Positions 36,825 through 50,003 of a stretch of DNA of 64,000 bases are shown in pieces (within the stretch, counting starts at the first letter, position 1; each line of letters opens with the position of its first letter). Both the position numbers and the translations under genes were made by a program. The notes below the pieces were generated by a model that made no database searches, was not told where the DNA came from, and worked only from the letters and a program-made list of their open reading frames with translations. Source of the stretch: Nemertoderma westbladi. Its lineage: Eukaryota; Animalia; Xenacoelomorpha. Where the stretch lies: the NCBI GenBank assembly GCA_032718475.1, contig JAUCBJ010008092.1, positions 1-64,000 on the forward strand, given 5' to 3'.

Positions 36825-36828
36825 TTAA

Positions 36829-39800
36829 CCAACACTTAGAATTTATTAAGTCATTGGGGGTCGCACCTCGGGAAGGTATGTCTGCTGGATTTTGTGGCCC
36901 AGGAATATACCTCCATTGTTCTATTTTGGTGCGATTGAGGATAATGGACACTCGGTTTGGGATATACACACTGAAACCACAAACCATATTAGGTAAATAC
37001 TCCAGCACTATGGCTGCGTCTGTCTATAAGACCGTACTAGAGATTTTGAAATCAGTTTCGTCAAGAATGTTTTTGGCGACAATTGTTGCGAATAGGGCGG
37101 CCTTTAGTTCGGCCCTTGGGACAGTTAAGTCCTTGCCCTTGATTAGGGATTTTGACGCAACAAGGGACACCCGAGTGTCTTGGGGTGTTGTAGCTCTATA
37201 ATAAGCTATGATACCAATACCCTTGTCACTTGCGTCGCCAAACACATGCAACTGATATGTATGTGATGGCAGAGCATTTGGGAAGTATGCTCGAGGTACC
37301 CGAAAGTTTTCAATGTCGGGTAAGGCATTTTCCCACCTGGACCAGTGTGTTAACAAGTCACCTGAAAGGGGCTCATCCCATGTAAGATTCTGGTCCCACA
37401 TGGTTTTTTTTTCTCTGTACCTAGCTTCCAGAATTACAGGACTTATAAAGCCTACGGGATCAAATAATGTACTTAATATACTAAGACAAATGCGCTTAGT
37501 GCGAACAACTGGAGGTCGAACCTGGATCCGGAAAAACATTAGGCTGTGAACTATCTGCCTGATACTTTCTACTGTAGTTGTTGAAATACTGTGTAATTTT
37601 GGTTTGGGTCACTATGGCCACAGGTGTTACATTTGGCTTAGCGGGATTTATTAATATACGGGGAACAATATTTGGAACCATAAGGGGGGTGTTTATTGGT
37701 CTGAAAAAATCACTGTCGGAGTCAGTTCTAAGATTGTTAGAAGTTTGAGTATTTTTAATGGGATCAGCACGATGTTGAGGTGGCAGTTCTGGTTGACGAT
37801 GACATTCAGGTCGTTCCAAACGTCTTCCACTTCTGGAGGTTCGAGATTTGTCCGACGATTTATCGAACTCATTGGAAGATGTATAACAACTAACTTTCTT
37901 GGTAAGGTTCTCTTTACGGTGTTCTTCTAATTAGGAGTACGACTGTCATTTCTCCATTAATTTTATCTCCTCCAGTATAGTCTCTTGATGCCTTTTATTC
38001 TGTATTCTCCTTTGCTGAGCCTGAAACTGACTTTGGCGTTCCTCAGCTTCCAGTTTACATTCCTCGGCTTCCTGTTTACGCTTCTCGGCTTCATGTTCGC
38101 GTTGCAAGCGTTCGTCTTCTGCCTGATCCTGTAGTTGTTTCACTTTGTTTTTATTATCCACTATGTCCTGTTCCATCGATAATTTTCATTGACGTTCCAT
38201 CTCCCGTTCGATATCGATATCCTTTAGAATCCTTTTTGTCGTAGGGCTGGTAGGAGGGTGGCCACAAATTCTTCTTATTAGTTCTTCTTCTCCCAATTGG
38301 TCTATATAACCTCAGAGGTGTTTACGGATGGCGTTGTCTTGTCCCGTTTGAGTCTTGGGTTCAGTTTGTGTATACCCTTCAATATCTCGGGTATCGATTT
38401 GGGATGGATGGTCGGAATCCAAAATATCAGGGTGAGAGGGTTCACCTTGAAAAGAGAGGCAGGTGCGTGCCGATTGAGCAAATTTTATTATGTTTTCGTT
38501 AGCTGCAGATTCTATTACTGCGGCTCCTGTCCTGATGGCAGACTGATGAAAGGCTGACAGAATTATCCTGATGCGGATTATTCTCTACTTTATTTCATAA
38601 AAGAGGGACGGAGAAGGATCGGCCCTTGGATCCTGTAGGGTAGCTTCAAAATTAGCTATTTGCTTAGCAAAGCCAGTTTGAAATCCCCTTAGGGTCCTTC
38701 CCACATTACTAAGGTCGGTGGAATCGGCCGGTACCTTTAATGCTGTAAATTCGTCAGGGGTGGCAGAATGCAAGGGGAAAAACGTATCCAAAGATGGATA
38801 GTTGTAGTATCATAATACTGATTGTTGCATTTCTGTGACCGACATGAACAGTTGGACCTTAGTCCCTTTTTCAGAGGCCAGGTATTGGTCAATGACCTTT
38901 AGCAGGCCGATTAATAAACCTGGGGAAGGGGCCATGAGTGGGTCCATTCCTGACTACAGGCTTAAACCTGTGGCTATGTCGACTTCCGTCTGGTTTAAGT
39001 CAGAAGTCGCAGCCACTTTCGGTCGGTCTGCTTGTAATTCGAGGTCAGTAGTGGATTGTTTTATTCTGGTGACATTGGGTGGTTGATTTAATTTTGATGG
39101 CATAATAGGGTTTCCCGCTTGATTTGAACTGGAATATTCCGGCTCGGGTAACTCTCTAATCGGAGATTTGTCCGGGTCGGAATGGGCTGGTATCGCAGTC
39201 TCATCAAGGTTAGAGGTGTAATCGCTGTGGGAACTGTCTGAGGCGCTCTTGTTGATTTTGGAACGATAAGACATTTAGTTAGATTTAATTTTGGAGAAAT
39301 ATATTTTGTAGTACCCATTTAAATAATTATTATGCCTTCTTTAATTATCTATTGTTTATTATAATAATAATAAGATTATTATAAATAATTATTACAATGC
39401 ACCCAATAAATAACACGGAATTAAATTAATCCTGTCTACAATTTAAAAACCGGTAAGCGATGAGTATACAGCCGGTAATTTATTGTTGGAATGTTCGATA
39501 ATAAATATTGAAATTCACCACTTGGGGGGAGTATATTCTGTTCTAATCACTACAAGCAATACTACCTACCAATAGAGTAATGATTTACTTCCAATTGGAC
39601 TGTGTGTAAGACACCCCGACAGCCGACAACAGGGTAGAGTTATATCTGTAGGGCAGCTAACTACAGTAAGGCTATATAATCTATGGGCAGTAAGCATAAG
39701 CAACCTTCCTATGTATGGCACCCAATCAATGGGATGGGAGGAGGGTATGTTAGCTGTACAATGTTTTCCTATGGAGAATAATGCAGCCTACCTAATGCAG

Positions 39801-42349
39801 CAGCCAACTGATTCGAGGGAACAAGCCTAGGTTGTAGTCAATGGTTACACAGAGGTAAAACAAGTCATGTGACACGATATTGCTTGCAGAGACGACAAAT
39901 AATTCCTCTCAGAAATAAATTTGTTTTGAAATATTTCGCTGTCAGAGGTCCAAAGTTGTAAATATTTGATCTGAGGGTAAATATGTGAGCACAAATGTTA
40001 AATTGTTCAATGATATGTATGTATATCAGTTAAAGGTTCCTTGATATTTGTTATGGAATAATAGTCTTGGAATAAACCGAACAAAAATTACAAAAACTAA
40101 TATTAATCGTTACTTATTCCTACAATTACCTACTTTATGATGGGATGAAGCAAACTTTAAGTTTACTTTAATATAGTAGGCCTACACGTAAAAACAAAAT
40201 TGGTAGGACAATAAGACTGTTGGTTTTTTAACAGGGGGGTTTGCGATTGTTCCGATCGCTAGGAACTTCGAAACCGGTAGGGAGACAAACGTCAAACGTT
40301 TTTTAGAACAAATAAGACAATAGATACGGTTAGTATAATGCGTCCCCGAGATCGTCAAGATACAACTATCCAGGACTCTTAGTGTATTTCGCCTAGAGTA
40401 GAATATAACGTTCTGTTGTCGGGCTAAGACCGCATAAAGTGATTCCGACCGATCGAGAAATTCGAACCAATAAGTCTGTGCGTGGTAAGTCGATAAATAG
40501 CAGTTCAATACTTGATTGAAGAAACGAAAGTGCCCCACAATTCATCGAAAGACTATGTTTTGAATATTTTTGATGAGCCAGTCGGACTTCTGTGCTTTAA
40601 TTCCGTAAAACCAAGCATGAAAAGTAATTTGTCGGGAATAAAGTGATATCTCCTCCCACAAGGAAATAAACAACTTTATGTGTTGCAATAATGGAAGTAT
40701 GAATAAGATAGGGGATAAAATTAGGCCTAAAAAACAATTAAGCATTTAGTTAATATCTACTATGAAGCCAAGCAAATGAGATACCGGAAATTCACAGTAG
40801 GCAGACTTATTGTAAGATGTTTAACGGTAAATATGAGATTCCGTCTATTATCTGACCCGTCCAATCTAGAATTATTGCAGTGGGAATTTACCTATTGTAC
40901 CCAACTTACAGTAGAAAACGAACGTCTACGTCTATCAAGATCCAACAACACATACGACGCTGTGAGGTAATGTTCAAAACTCAAAGATATGTGTAAGCAA
41001 AATACAACAAATACACCAACTAAAAATAACGATATATAAAGTACTCTTTTACACTCTCTGGTTATACACCAGTAAATAAGTTCATCAAATACTTGCAGAA
41101 ATACTTATCAAAAATACAATAAACGGACCAGGTCTAGAATATTAATCAATAAATATTTATGCACCAAATTCCCACCAATTACGATGATCAGTCGAAATTA
41201 GAGAAAATAAGCACATCAAAGAACAAAGAAGCAAATCAAAACACGCGAGGGTGTTGAAAGTCGATAATTACTGTTAGCGCATTTGATAAAAAAGACGTTC
41301 TTTCAATCTCAATTTTCATATATTGTGATTCTCTCCTGTTGTTTAATAAAACACATGCAAAATGAGCCTTAATGTCCGGTCTGATACACTGAATGGGATG
41401 GCGCTAGTGTACCTTCGACGAAGGCCGCTCTAGTATATCTGTTTATTTATCCTTTTTCCCACGATGTATTTATTTGCTCTATATTTCGCTTTCTAATACG
41501 GTATTTGATCATCTATTATATTTCACTAGTATACAGTACCGAGAGGGTGTGGCAACCCAATACAACAAGCAAATGTCTAACTAATTAATTATGTAACGGC
41601 TCAAGTCTGGCGATTGTGCTTCCCTTTAGAGGAAATGTATTGCGACAAGCCTTCGGTCTAATTATATTGATATTGCTACAGTATTCAATTTGTGACATCT
41701 CTCAATCGTGATGTAATTAATAATAAGAGCTTCGCTTATATTAATGGTCTGAAATATCGCCATATATTAATTATTTATTAACTTAGAGGTACGACGGCAC
41801 ACATAAATCTGATGCAAATGTCCAGATTATCACTAACGCTTAGCTATAGCAACCTACCTGGTTGTGGCGCGTGTAAAACTTCCTTGATTCTGTAATATTG
41901 GCGATTGAGTTTATCAGTAGAATATCAAATATAACAATAAGTAAATATAATTCAATTATTAATAACGAATTTTAGATTCAAATATTAGACTTCAGACTTT
42001 AGACATAGACATTAGACATGTAATAATCTCCAGTCATTTAAATCTGACCGGCAATTAAAGCTCTGCATGTGAGATGTAACTCTACAGCAGAAACGACATG
42101 ATAAGAGTGAGTAAGCCACTCAACAAATGGTGGTTATATAACAGATTAACAATAATGGAGCAACACAGCTAATAGGGTATTATGACGAGTTGGATATGCG
42201 GATAATTAATTGCACTAGATGGCGTTTAAACCTTTAGTAAGGCATAAAATTAGATAAAGGGAATCGATTTTATAACACAACCAACTTTATCATTAAAAAT
42301 GGAGCAAAATACGTAATCTAAAATAGCCAAGTTCATACTTGCATCAACA
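36829..42349 (-). mobile_element. BEL/Pao element family A, copy 1: 5' LTR, 2-kb leader, Gag N-terminus, deletion, RT end and RNase H region
   Basis: Gag starts at 39274 (MSYRSKINKS). 37539-36829 encodes TKRICLSILSTLFDPVGFISPV...WDEPL...LHVFGDASDKG...TVPRAEL...NPADIPSRG. Confidence 0.85.
41272..42349 (-). repeat. 5' LTR, family A
   Basis: The minus strand runs TGTTGATGC...AAATGCGCTAACA, colinear with 47849-48998. No TSD across it, consistent with attachment to internal sequence. Confidence 0.8.
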
Positions 42350-42609
42350 ACTGGACGCAATAAAAATTCATCCCTCTCCAGGGGAAATTCGACACAAATA
42401 ACAGATGATTACTCTCAAAAATAAAACCGTAACCTGTTCTATTGTGTTTAGCTTATTGTTTTTATTACTATAACGTGCCACTGTAACCTGTTCCTTTCCC
42501 TAAATTTATAATTTAACATTGAGGCGGGATATTAATTCGCCAAGGTGGGATTTGCGTCCAGTCCCACCCCCCCCCCCCCCCCCCCCCCTGTCTCGCTCCA
42601 AGAGAATGC

Positions 42610-42910
42610 AGATCATCTACAAAGTTTGTAGAAGTCTACCACTACTTCTACAGTAGTACATAACTGTGTAACTGTAGAACCGTGAGCACGAGCACGTGCT
42701 GGGCATCAGTGAAAATATTATTTCCATTCAAAATGACAAATAAGGGCATCACGAATAAACTTCTCACAGATCCAGGATACAAAGTAAAGGATATGGGACG
42801 ATAGTTATCCGCGTTATGTTTAGGAGGTTTCTTTAACAAGGGAGTGATAATTGCTCAGTGCGCCAGTCATCTGGATCTGGAACAACACCAGAATCGAAAG
42901 TAGAGTCGTC
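42610..42910 (-). pseudogene. Fragment of a CR1/L2/Jockey-type LINE reverse transcriptase
   Basis: PDDWR...IITPLLKKPPKHNADNYRPISFT...IFTDAQH. Confidence 0.65.
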
Positions 42911-43361
42911 CACATGTTCAAACATACTTAAATCGTTCAATCGTTTAACTAAAATTAAATTTAACTTTTCATAGTTAAATGAGTCTGCCTCGTCTATTTA
43001 ACAAACGCAATTACTGTAATTGTTGCCTTTTTGAAGGCACGCGTTTCGTCACTGTTTCTTTGATTATCCAAACCTTGAGACAGGTAAAATGAAGTCCGCA
43101 AATGCACTGATCTATTTTGTTTATAAATTATTGTAAAACAAATAGAAATGTAAGAAATTCCGAATACGGTTTCTTTATTGCAGGGAATTTAGTATTTCTA
43201 TAGAATACTATTAGTGCACTCTTACTCTGGTTAACCTCGTCTCGTGCTCTCCGAAGGTCCCATTTATAATGTTATACAGTAGAAGCTCCAATTGTTAGAT
43301 CAATTACAATTAATATATAACTCTGTAACTCATTTATTTCTTTAACTGGGAGCTAAAACAT

Positions 43362-44514
43362 GGATGATTCTAAATTAGGAAAACACTAGTAAAACAGTAA
43401 AACACTAGGAAAACATAGGAAAAGTACTGTAAAACACACGGAAAACAGTGAAAATATTGATCAGCAGGGAATTTAACACATGTACTTCTCTGAATTGACA
43501 ATCCTAAATGTACTCCTCGCATAGCACCCCTTAAGTAATCACCGTAAAACATAGGGAAAACACTATAAAAACACTATAAACCTTCCGGAAAACAGTGAAA
43601 AAATTTATCAGCATTAAATTTTACCTATATGCTGCAAAAAATAAATTGAAAGAGTCTAATACTGCCCAGAAAGCTTGTTGCTAGGCAACCAAAGAACTGT
43701 AACCAATCAGCATACGGTGCAGTATCAGTACAGCAGTACTATCCTTGTTTTACCGGTCAGTCAGTAGAGGCGCAAAGTACCAGTATTGCTGTATTCTGGT
43801 AGGCCTATTACCTGATTACAGATTACTAGTGCTGTAGTGCAGTAGTGTAATGCTGTAATGTAATGTAATGCTGTAATGTCCCAGTCCCATGGCTATGGCA
43901 CTATCTCTGTAACCAGGCTGCCAGGCTGTCTTAATACTGTAATACTTACCAGTACTACTCAGCTACTAAATATAGAAATATTTACAGCTTTAACTAACCC
44001 TAACAATACTGCAATATCTGAATACTGGAATAAACTACTGCACTACAGCACTAATACTGTACTCTGTAATCAGGTAATAGGCCTACCAGAATGCAGCAAT
44101 ACTGGTACTTCGCGCCTCTACCGACTGACCGGTAAAACAAGGATAGTACTGCTGTACTGATACTGCACCGTAAGCTGATTGGTTACAGTTCTTTGGTTGC
44201 CTGGCAACAAGCTTTCTCGGCAATATTAGACTCTTTCAATTTATTTTTTTCAGCATATAGGTAAAATTTAATGCTGATCAATTTTTTCACTGTTTTCCGG
44301 GGAAGGTTTATAGTGTTTTCCCTATGTTTTACGGTGATTACTTAAGGGGTGCTATGCGAGGAGTACATTTAGGATTGTCAATTCAGAGTAGTACATGTGT
44401 TAAATTTCCTGCTGATCAATATTTTCACTGTTTTCCGGGTGTTTTACAGTACTTTTCTTATGTTTTCCTAGTGTTTTACCGTTTTACTAGTGTTTTCCTA
44501 ATTTAGAACTATCC
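43362..44514. mobile_element. Foldback / MULE-type non-autonomous element with about 480-bp TIRs
   Basis: GGATGATTCTAAATTAGG...CCTAATTTAGAACTATCC, with a 9-bp TSD CTAAAACAT at 43353-43361 and 44515-44523. Confidence 0.88.
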
Positions 44515-44959
44515 CTAAAACATGATGGTAAGGCAGCTTGTAGTAATTATTAGAAGACCGTTAGGACTTACTGAAAATGTATTGTCTTATCAATATTTAT
44601 TTTATGTTTACCAGGTGAGCTCCTCCGAAGCAATACAGTAGCTCGTCCGTCAATGAAAGTTGACGAATGAAATCGACGCAGCTCAAACCCAGGATGCGGA
44701 AAAAAAGTTTCGAAAAAATCATTAAAGTGTCTTTTTTTATTTCGAAAATAGCCCCATAACAGGAATATTGCCATCGACTCAATGATAGAAACACCAGGTG
44801 GTGCGGATACGCCCAAACTGCAGAGAAGTATTTTATTTTACTTGCCGAGTTTTAGTAAAGTTGTGTTTACTCACTCAAACTATCACAGACAGTAATTAAA
44901 CATCAACTGTTAGTTTATAATGTATTATTACCTCGTCAGCTGAATAAAAGCTGAATAAT

Positions 44960-45119
44960 AAAAGCTTTTGTCGGTCCCAGCAAGTCAGCCTCCTGCTATG
45001 TGATCTAGAAGGTAACTCGCTATTGAATTATTGTAGTGACCTACCATTCAGATGACTTGAACAAATGTGTTCACTTTGTGATCACTGATGAAATCTGCTT
45101 TTTCTGGTGGGCTGTACTG
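44960..45119 (+). mobile_element. Right-end fragment of the Tc1-type MITE family seen at 57293-57974
   Basis: TTTGTCGGTCCCAGCAAG...AAATCTGCTTTTTCTGGTGGGCTGTACTG followed by TA, matching 57830-57974. Confidence 0.75.
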
Positions 45120-45149
45120 TAGCATTACTGTGTAGCGTTGTACTGAACT

Positions 45150-45330
45150 ATGGCTGCCATTAAAAAACTAATAGTAAAAAAAAATAAAATACCCCCTCGT
45201 GGCCCAGGGCTGCACCTGCCCCCAGAAACAGTAATTGTAATGGCCCATAGGCTGCCATTAAAAAAACTGATAGTAAAAAAAAAATAAAATACCCCTTCGT
45301 GGCCCAGGGCTGCCACTGCCCCCAAGAATC
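45150..45330 (+). repeat. About 100-bp tandem duplication
   Basis: GGCTGCCATTAAAAAACT...AAAATACCCC.TCGTGGCCCAGGGCTGC occurs twice. Confidence 0.8.
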
Positions 45331-46120
45331 AGTAATACAGTATTTTATTTAATTCTTTCCGAGAAATAAATATGGGCATGGATCGTACGGTACTACCGCT
45401 ACCGCAAAAAGTATCTACCGTACGATCCCAGACTATGGATCAATCTGATTCGACGACAAAACATTATGGCTTCGGACTAATGTTGCTTCCTCCACATCTC
45501 AACATTATTTATTTTTTTTACTGTATTGCTCCGAGGATATAATACAGTATTAATTCCCCTCTTTCAGATATTCTCCCGGTGTCTCTCAGAGAGCCTACGA
45601 AGATCATTAACAACTATTGGACACCGACGACGACCCTGCAAAGCTCTCGGACGGCGACGATAACGACGGGATGTCGCGGATATGTTGTGGACCAGGTCGT
45701 AAGGTGACCGCGATGGAAGCCAGGATGCTGCGTCTAGCTGGTCAGACTATACCGGAAAGCTATTATACCGGGTTGCTACGGTTACGGAACAACTCAAAAA
45801 TGTTAACTGACTTAGATTGGTGGTGGTGGGGAGGGGGGGGGGGGGGGGGGGTGTCACTGGAAATATGACGTCAGAGACGTCAGCTGTAATGGATACAAAT
45901 ACCTGCACTTTTTGAACGCCCACATCACAGTTATGTATTTATCAACGATATTAATAGTTATTTACAAATTTGGAATCCTTGCAACGACACCTTTCCATTG
46001 GTATCAACAAATCACATTAAGGATGAAGAATAATTGCGGTGCGACTGGTGCAATGTTTAATTACTTATCAAACAATAATATGTGTTAATAATTATAATAC
46101 AGTAATAAGGATGATTTTAA

Positions 46121-46473
46121 GGGGGGGGGGGGGGGGGGGGGGGGGTGCAGAACTATTTTCACAAAATTTCCTCTGATAGTTATGTTGCCCCATCTTTGGT
46201 CTATCATATAGAAAAACTTTCATGTGATTAGGTTCAAAACTGTAAAAGCCTTAGGGTTTTAAGCGCAACAAAGTTTTTTTATTGTTAACTAGTACTAATA
46301 TTAAATTAAATAACGAAAAATAAAATTTTTCTGACCTGCGATGTAGAATAGCATCTTTAGATACCTATATTCAAAATTATAGCTAAAACCAAACAATTTT
46401 GAAACGCTGAGAGTGACAAATCAAAGAAATCGAAGAGTTGTCCGAAAATGGTGTAGGCCCAACCACACCCCCC
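46121..46473. mobile_element. Possible Kolobok-type MITE
   Basis: TTAA-GGGG...GTG at the left end and CACACCCCCC-TTAA at the right end. Confidence 0.4.
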
Positions 46474-47848
46474 TTAACAATACATTTACATATTGTAGGC
46501 CTAGGTTAAATAAAACACGTTATTTTCCTTTTCGCCCCTCGATCCGACTTATTTACCTTCCTTGCTGTGCTCGGTCTATAAATAACAGAATAACAGATCT
46601 CAGGATGAACGGTAAATAAAGATTTTATTTACCGTACAATGAATAGTAATTTTTTCGCGAGTATTTAATACGTTAAAAGGAGTTGATTATATTAATAGAT
46701 ATATACTGTATAATAATAAGGACCCTGTAACCAGCATGTCTCCTCGCTTCCAGTTTTAGATATAGTTGTAAAGTTGATCACGGTGAATAAAGCACTCATT
46801 CCCATTTCCGCTCACACTGACACGGTAACGTGTGACAGCTAAATTGGTATCGAAACAATTGTACTTGGTTTTATGATCCAGCCTCACTGGGAAACTTCCC
46901 GCAGAAACTCCATTAACTTTTGTTTCAAAGTTGCGACGTGTTAAACATATCTCCACCTGTAAATAAATTGCAATATTGTTTATAAGCTGGTGTGTATGGC
47001 TACAGAACTGCCTGTACATACTGTAGTTAGGTAAGTATTAATTGTAACAGTACAGTGCAGTTGGAGACAGGCTGCAGTACTCACTTTACCCATCCAAAGT
47101 AATCTGTCGCCCTACAGACTGCAGGCCATATTATAATACATCAAACACTACTACTTAAAGCGTTAATCGGAATGATTATTGTGAAACGGATATGATTAAG
47201 GGTCCCTGTAGGCATACTGTCGGAATTAATTCCAGGATTTTAATTACAAACTCCAATATCAGCATTGAATAATAATACTGTAATAATAATAATAAATCTC
47301 GCTTTTCCCAAGTATGGGTTCAAAGCGCTGTTAAATTGACGACAATATTGTGTTGGGAAGATTAGCTTAAATTTGGAATTTGGAGTTCGGTTTTTACTCG
47401 GATGCGAAAAGTTATCAGATCGGTGGCGGTTCCACTTTGAAAATATTGAAGACTGTTGTAGCTGCGATCGGGCGCCAATTGATTTCAGTTTGAAATTTGA
47501 AACTTCTTTCAAAACGGCTCTTTTGAAATGGCTTTCCATGTGAGTGTGAGTAACGCAATCTTGTAATCAATTCAGTATCAAATGGGAGGCCAATGTAGGT
47601 TGCGGAGCGATGGGGTTAAATTGGAGAACCGGTGGTGATGATAATAACTGATAACGGTGCTGACAATAATACGGAAACGCACTGATTTGCTGACTATTTC
47701 CAATTTTGCTCATGTATAAGGAAAATTTCAGCTCACATAATTTGGTATTATGAAATAGGATAAATATCACACAAAACCACTGGAATTTGAGCCGAAATAG
47801 TTACTCGAACTTCCCTTCTGCTTACCTCTTAATAAAGAAAGTTAGTTG

Positions 47849-48998
47849 TGTTAGCGCATTTGATAAAAAATATGTTCTTTCAATCTCAATTTCGTATATT
47901 TTGACTCTATACTGACTATTTCGGAAATACATGCAGGGTAGGTTTTAACTTGCTGGTCTGATACAATGAGCGGTATACCTTCAACGCAGGGCAATTCACT
48001 GGATCGATTTATCTCCCGTTTTTCCTTCTTATATATTGATTTGCTCTATATTTTATTTTTTTTGTTCAATACGGTATTTGATTATCTATTGTATTTAACT
48101 TGAGATATGATACCGGGAGGGTGTGGCAATACAGTATAACAAGCAAATGACTGACTAATTAATTCTGTAAGGACTGAAGTCTAGCATTTGTGTTTCCCTT
48201 TAGAGGAAACGCAATTTAGAGGAACGCTTTATTGTAACTTGTCTTTATGTCTAATTATATTGATATTGCTACCGTAATCAATTTGTGACAACTCTCAATC
48301 GTGATATAGTTAATAATAAGAGCTTTTCTTATAATAATGGTCCGAGATATCGCCATATATTAATTATTTAGTGAATCAGAGGTACGACAACACACAAATC
48401 TGATGCAATTGCCCAGATTATCACTGATTCTTAATTATAGTAAGTAACCCACCTGTTGTGGCGCGTGTAAAACTTTCTTGATTCCGTAATATCGGCGATA
48501 TATTAAACAAACAATGAGAGCAAATTGAGTTTAACGACAGAATATCAGTTAACAATGAAATTAAAATGGCATCAAGACACAGACATTAACATATTGGTAT
48601 AAAGACATGAGGGCATAAAGGTGTATAACATAAAGGCATGTAATAAATGCTAGTCATCAGAAATCTGACCAGCGTATAAAGGCCCTGCATGGGAGGTAAC
48701 TCCGTAGCAGTATGCAATGTGCTGAGTGAGCAAAATATTCAACCAGCAGAGATTATATATCAGGTTAACTTAAGGCAATAATACGGGCCAATAAGACGTC
48801 ACAAACCTTAAAACATCCTATCACAAACCGAATATGTGTATAATGGCACTAGATGGTGTAAAAACCCTTATCAAAGAATTATTCAACAGAAACAGCCAAT
48901 ATTACACCGTAATCAGCTTTAACAACATAAAATGTTATTTTGCTCTAAAAATCAGTACACTAAGTAATATACTGGCAGAATTTAAGAATGCAGCAACA
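47849..48998 (-). repeat. 3' LTR, family A, with PPT GGAAGCGG at 48999-49006
   Basis: The minus strand reads GGAAGCGG-TGTTGCTGC...AAATGCGCTAACA. Homologous to 41272-42349. Confidence 0.85.
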
Positions 48999-50003
48999 CC
49001 GCTTCCATTCATTTAGCCACCAGGGTGTTAAAATTTAAGTCGTTCAAATCGTACATAGAAGAAGGTCTAGAAAGTAAATAGTTCAATTAACAATATCAAA
49101 CTCAAATTATATGGGACATACGTAACCAACGTATAAAAATATCTCAACTCGTGAACAAAATAAATCAAGTGGATCAATGAATATCTATCACTTCTAAATA
49201 AGCGAACTATAGTGCCAGAGAGTATTTAAAACATATATAAAAGGTTTCAGTTTGTGTACAAATAAGCTAAATGAATTATTGGGGACACCACTTACTTATT
49301 TTACATATAATATAAAGTAAAGATATGAGTCATATAAAGTAAAATAGGGGTAATATAAAGTAACCAGAAAAATCAATGTTTATTCCCGGGTCTTTTTCTT
49401 TTTGGAGGGTCACTTTGTTGGGTCGGCGGGTGCAATTGTGTGTGGTGAGAGTAGGGCGATAGGTCGGGGAGTAGGTGAGGACCTAAGGCGAGGAAGGATG
49501 GAGAGTGATAGTTAGTAGAGAGTGTGCAAGTGTACCGGTAGGCGGTAGGGCAGTAGAGTGGTACTTGGGTTGCGCGGATTAGGTTTATTGCTCGGATTCA
49601 GTAATTGGTTATTGTTAATTGTGTATACTGGTTTATATTGTTATATATTACATATATATATAATAAATGATTGCATTGAAGCTCGAAGATATATTGATTA
49701 TTTAAGTGACTGGGAAGTTTGGGAGAACGTTCGTTGTATTCGATGCTACAAGCGCGAGGCTGCATTTACTTACTTCCTATTACAGTATTAGGCCTACTGT
49801 ATTACCGGTCAACCGGTAACATAATTTTGACACCGCTAGCCTACCACTGTAGGCCCTATACTTAACGGACGCGGTACTTAAAAGTTTAGTTCATACCAGA
49901 CTGAGGTTTAAATATATGGATAACGACGGCCAGGTGACGGGAACGTCGAGAGGTGAAGGTGAAGGTACCGGTAGCAGTGCCCGAAATTTGAGTGTAAAGT
50001 TGG

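Noticed and set aside
40182-40745. Small hydrophobic ORFs repeated at 61699-61920
   Set aside because: Explained by nucleotide similarity of the BEL leader. The frames are not preserved between the copies.
43025-43075. Possible minus-strand hammerhead (GACGAAACGCGT)
   Set aside because: No CUGANGA core or closing stem I was found.
43370-44506. Duplicated 60-aa ORFs (MFYGDYLRG...)
   Set aside because: By-product of the inverted arms of the foldback element.
45617-45868. Host gene exon (acidic 83-aa ORF)
   Set aside because: No recognisable domain, it runs into a poly-G tract, and there is no supporting neighbouring exon.
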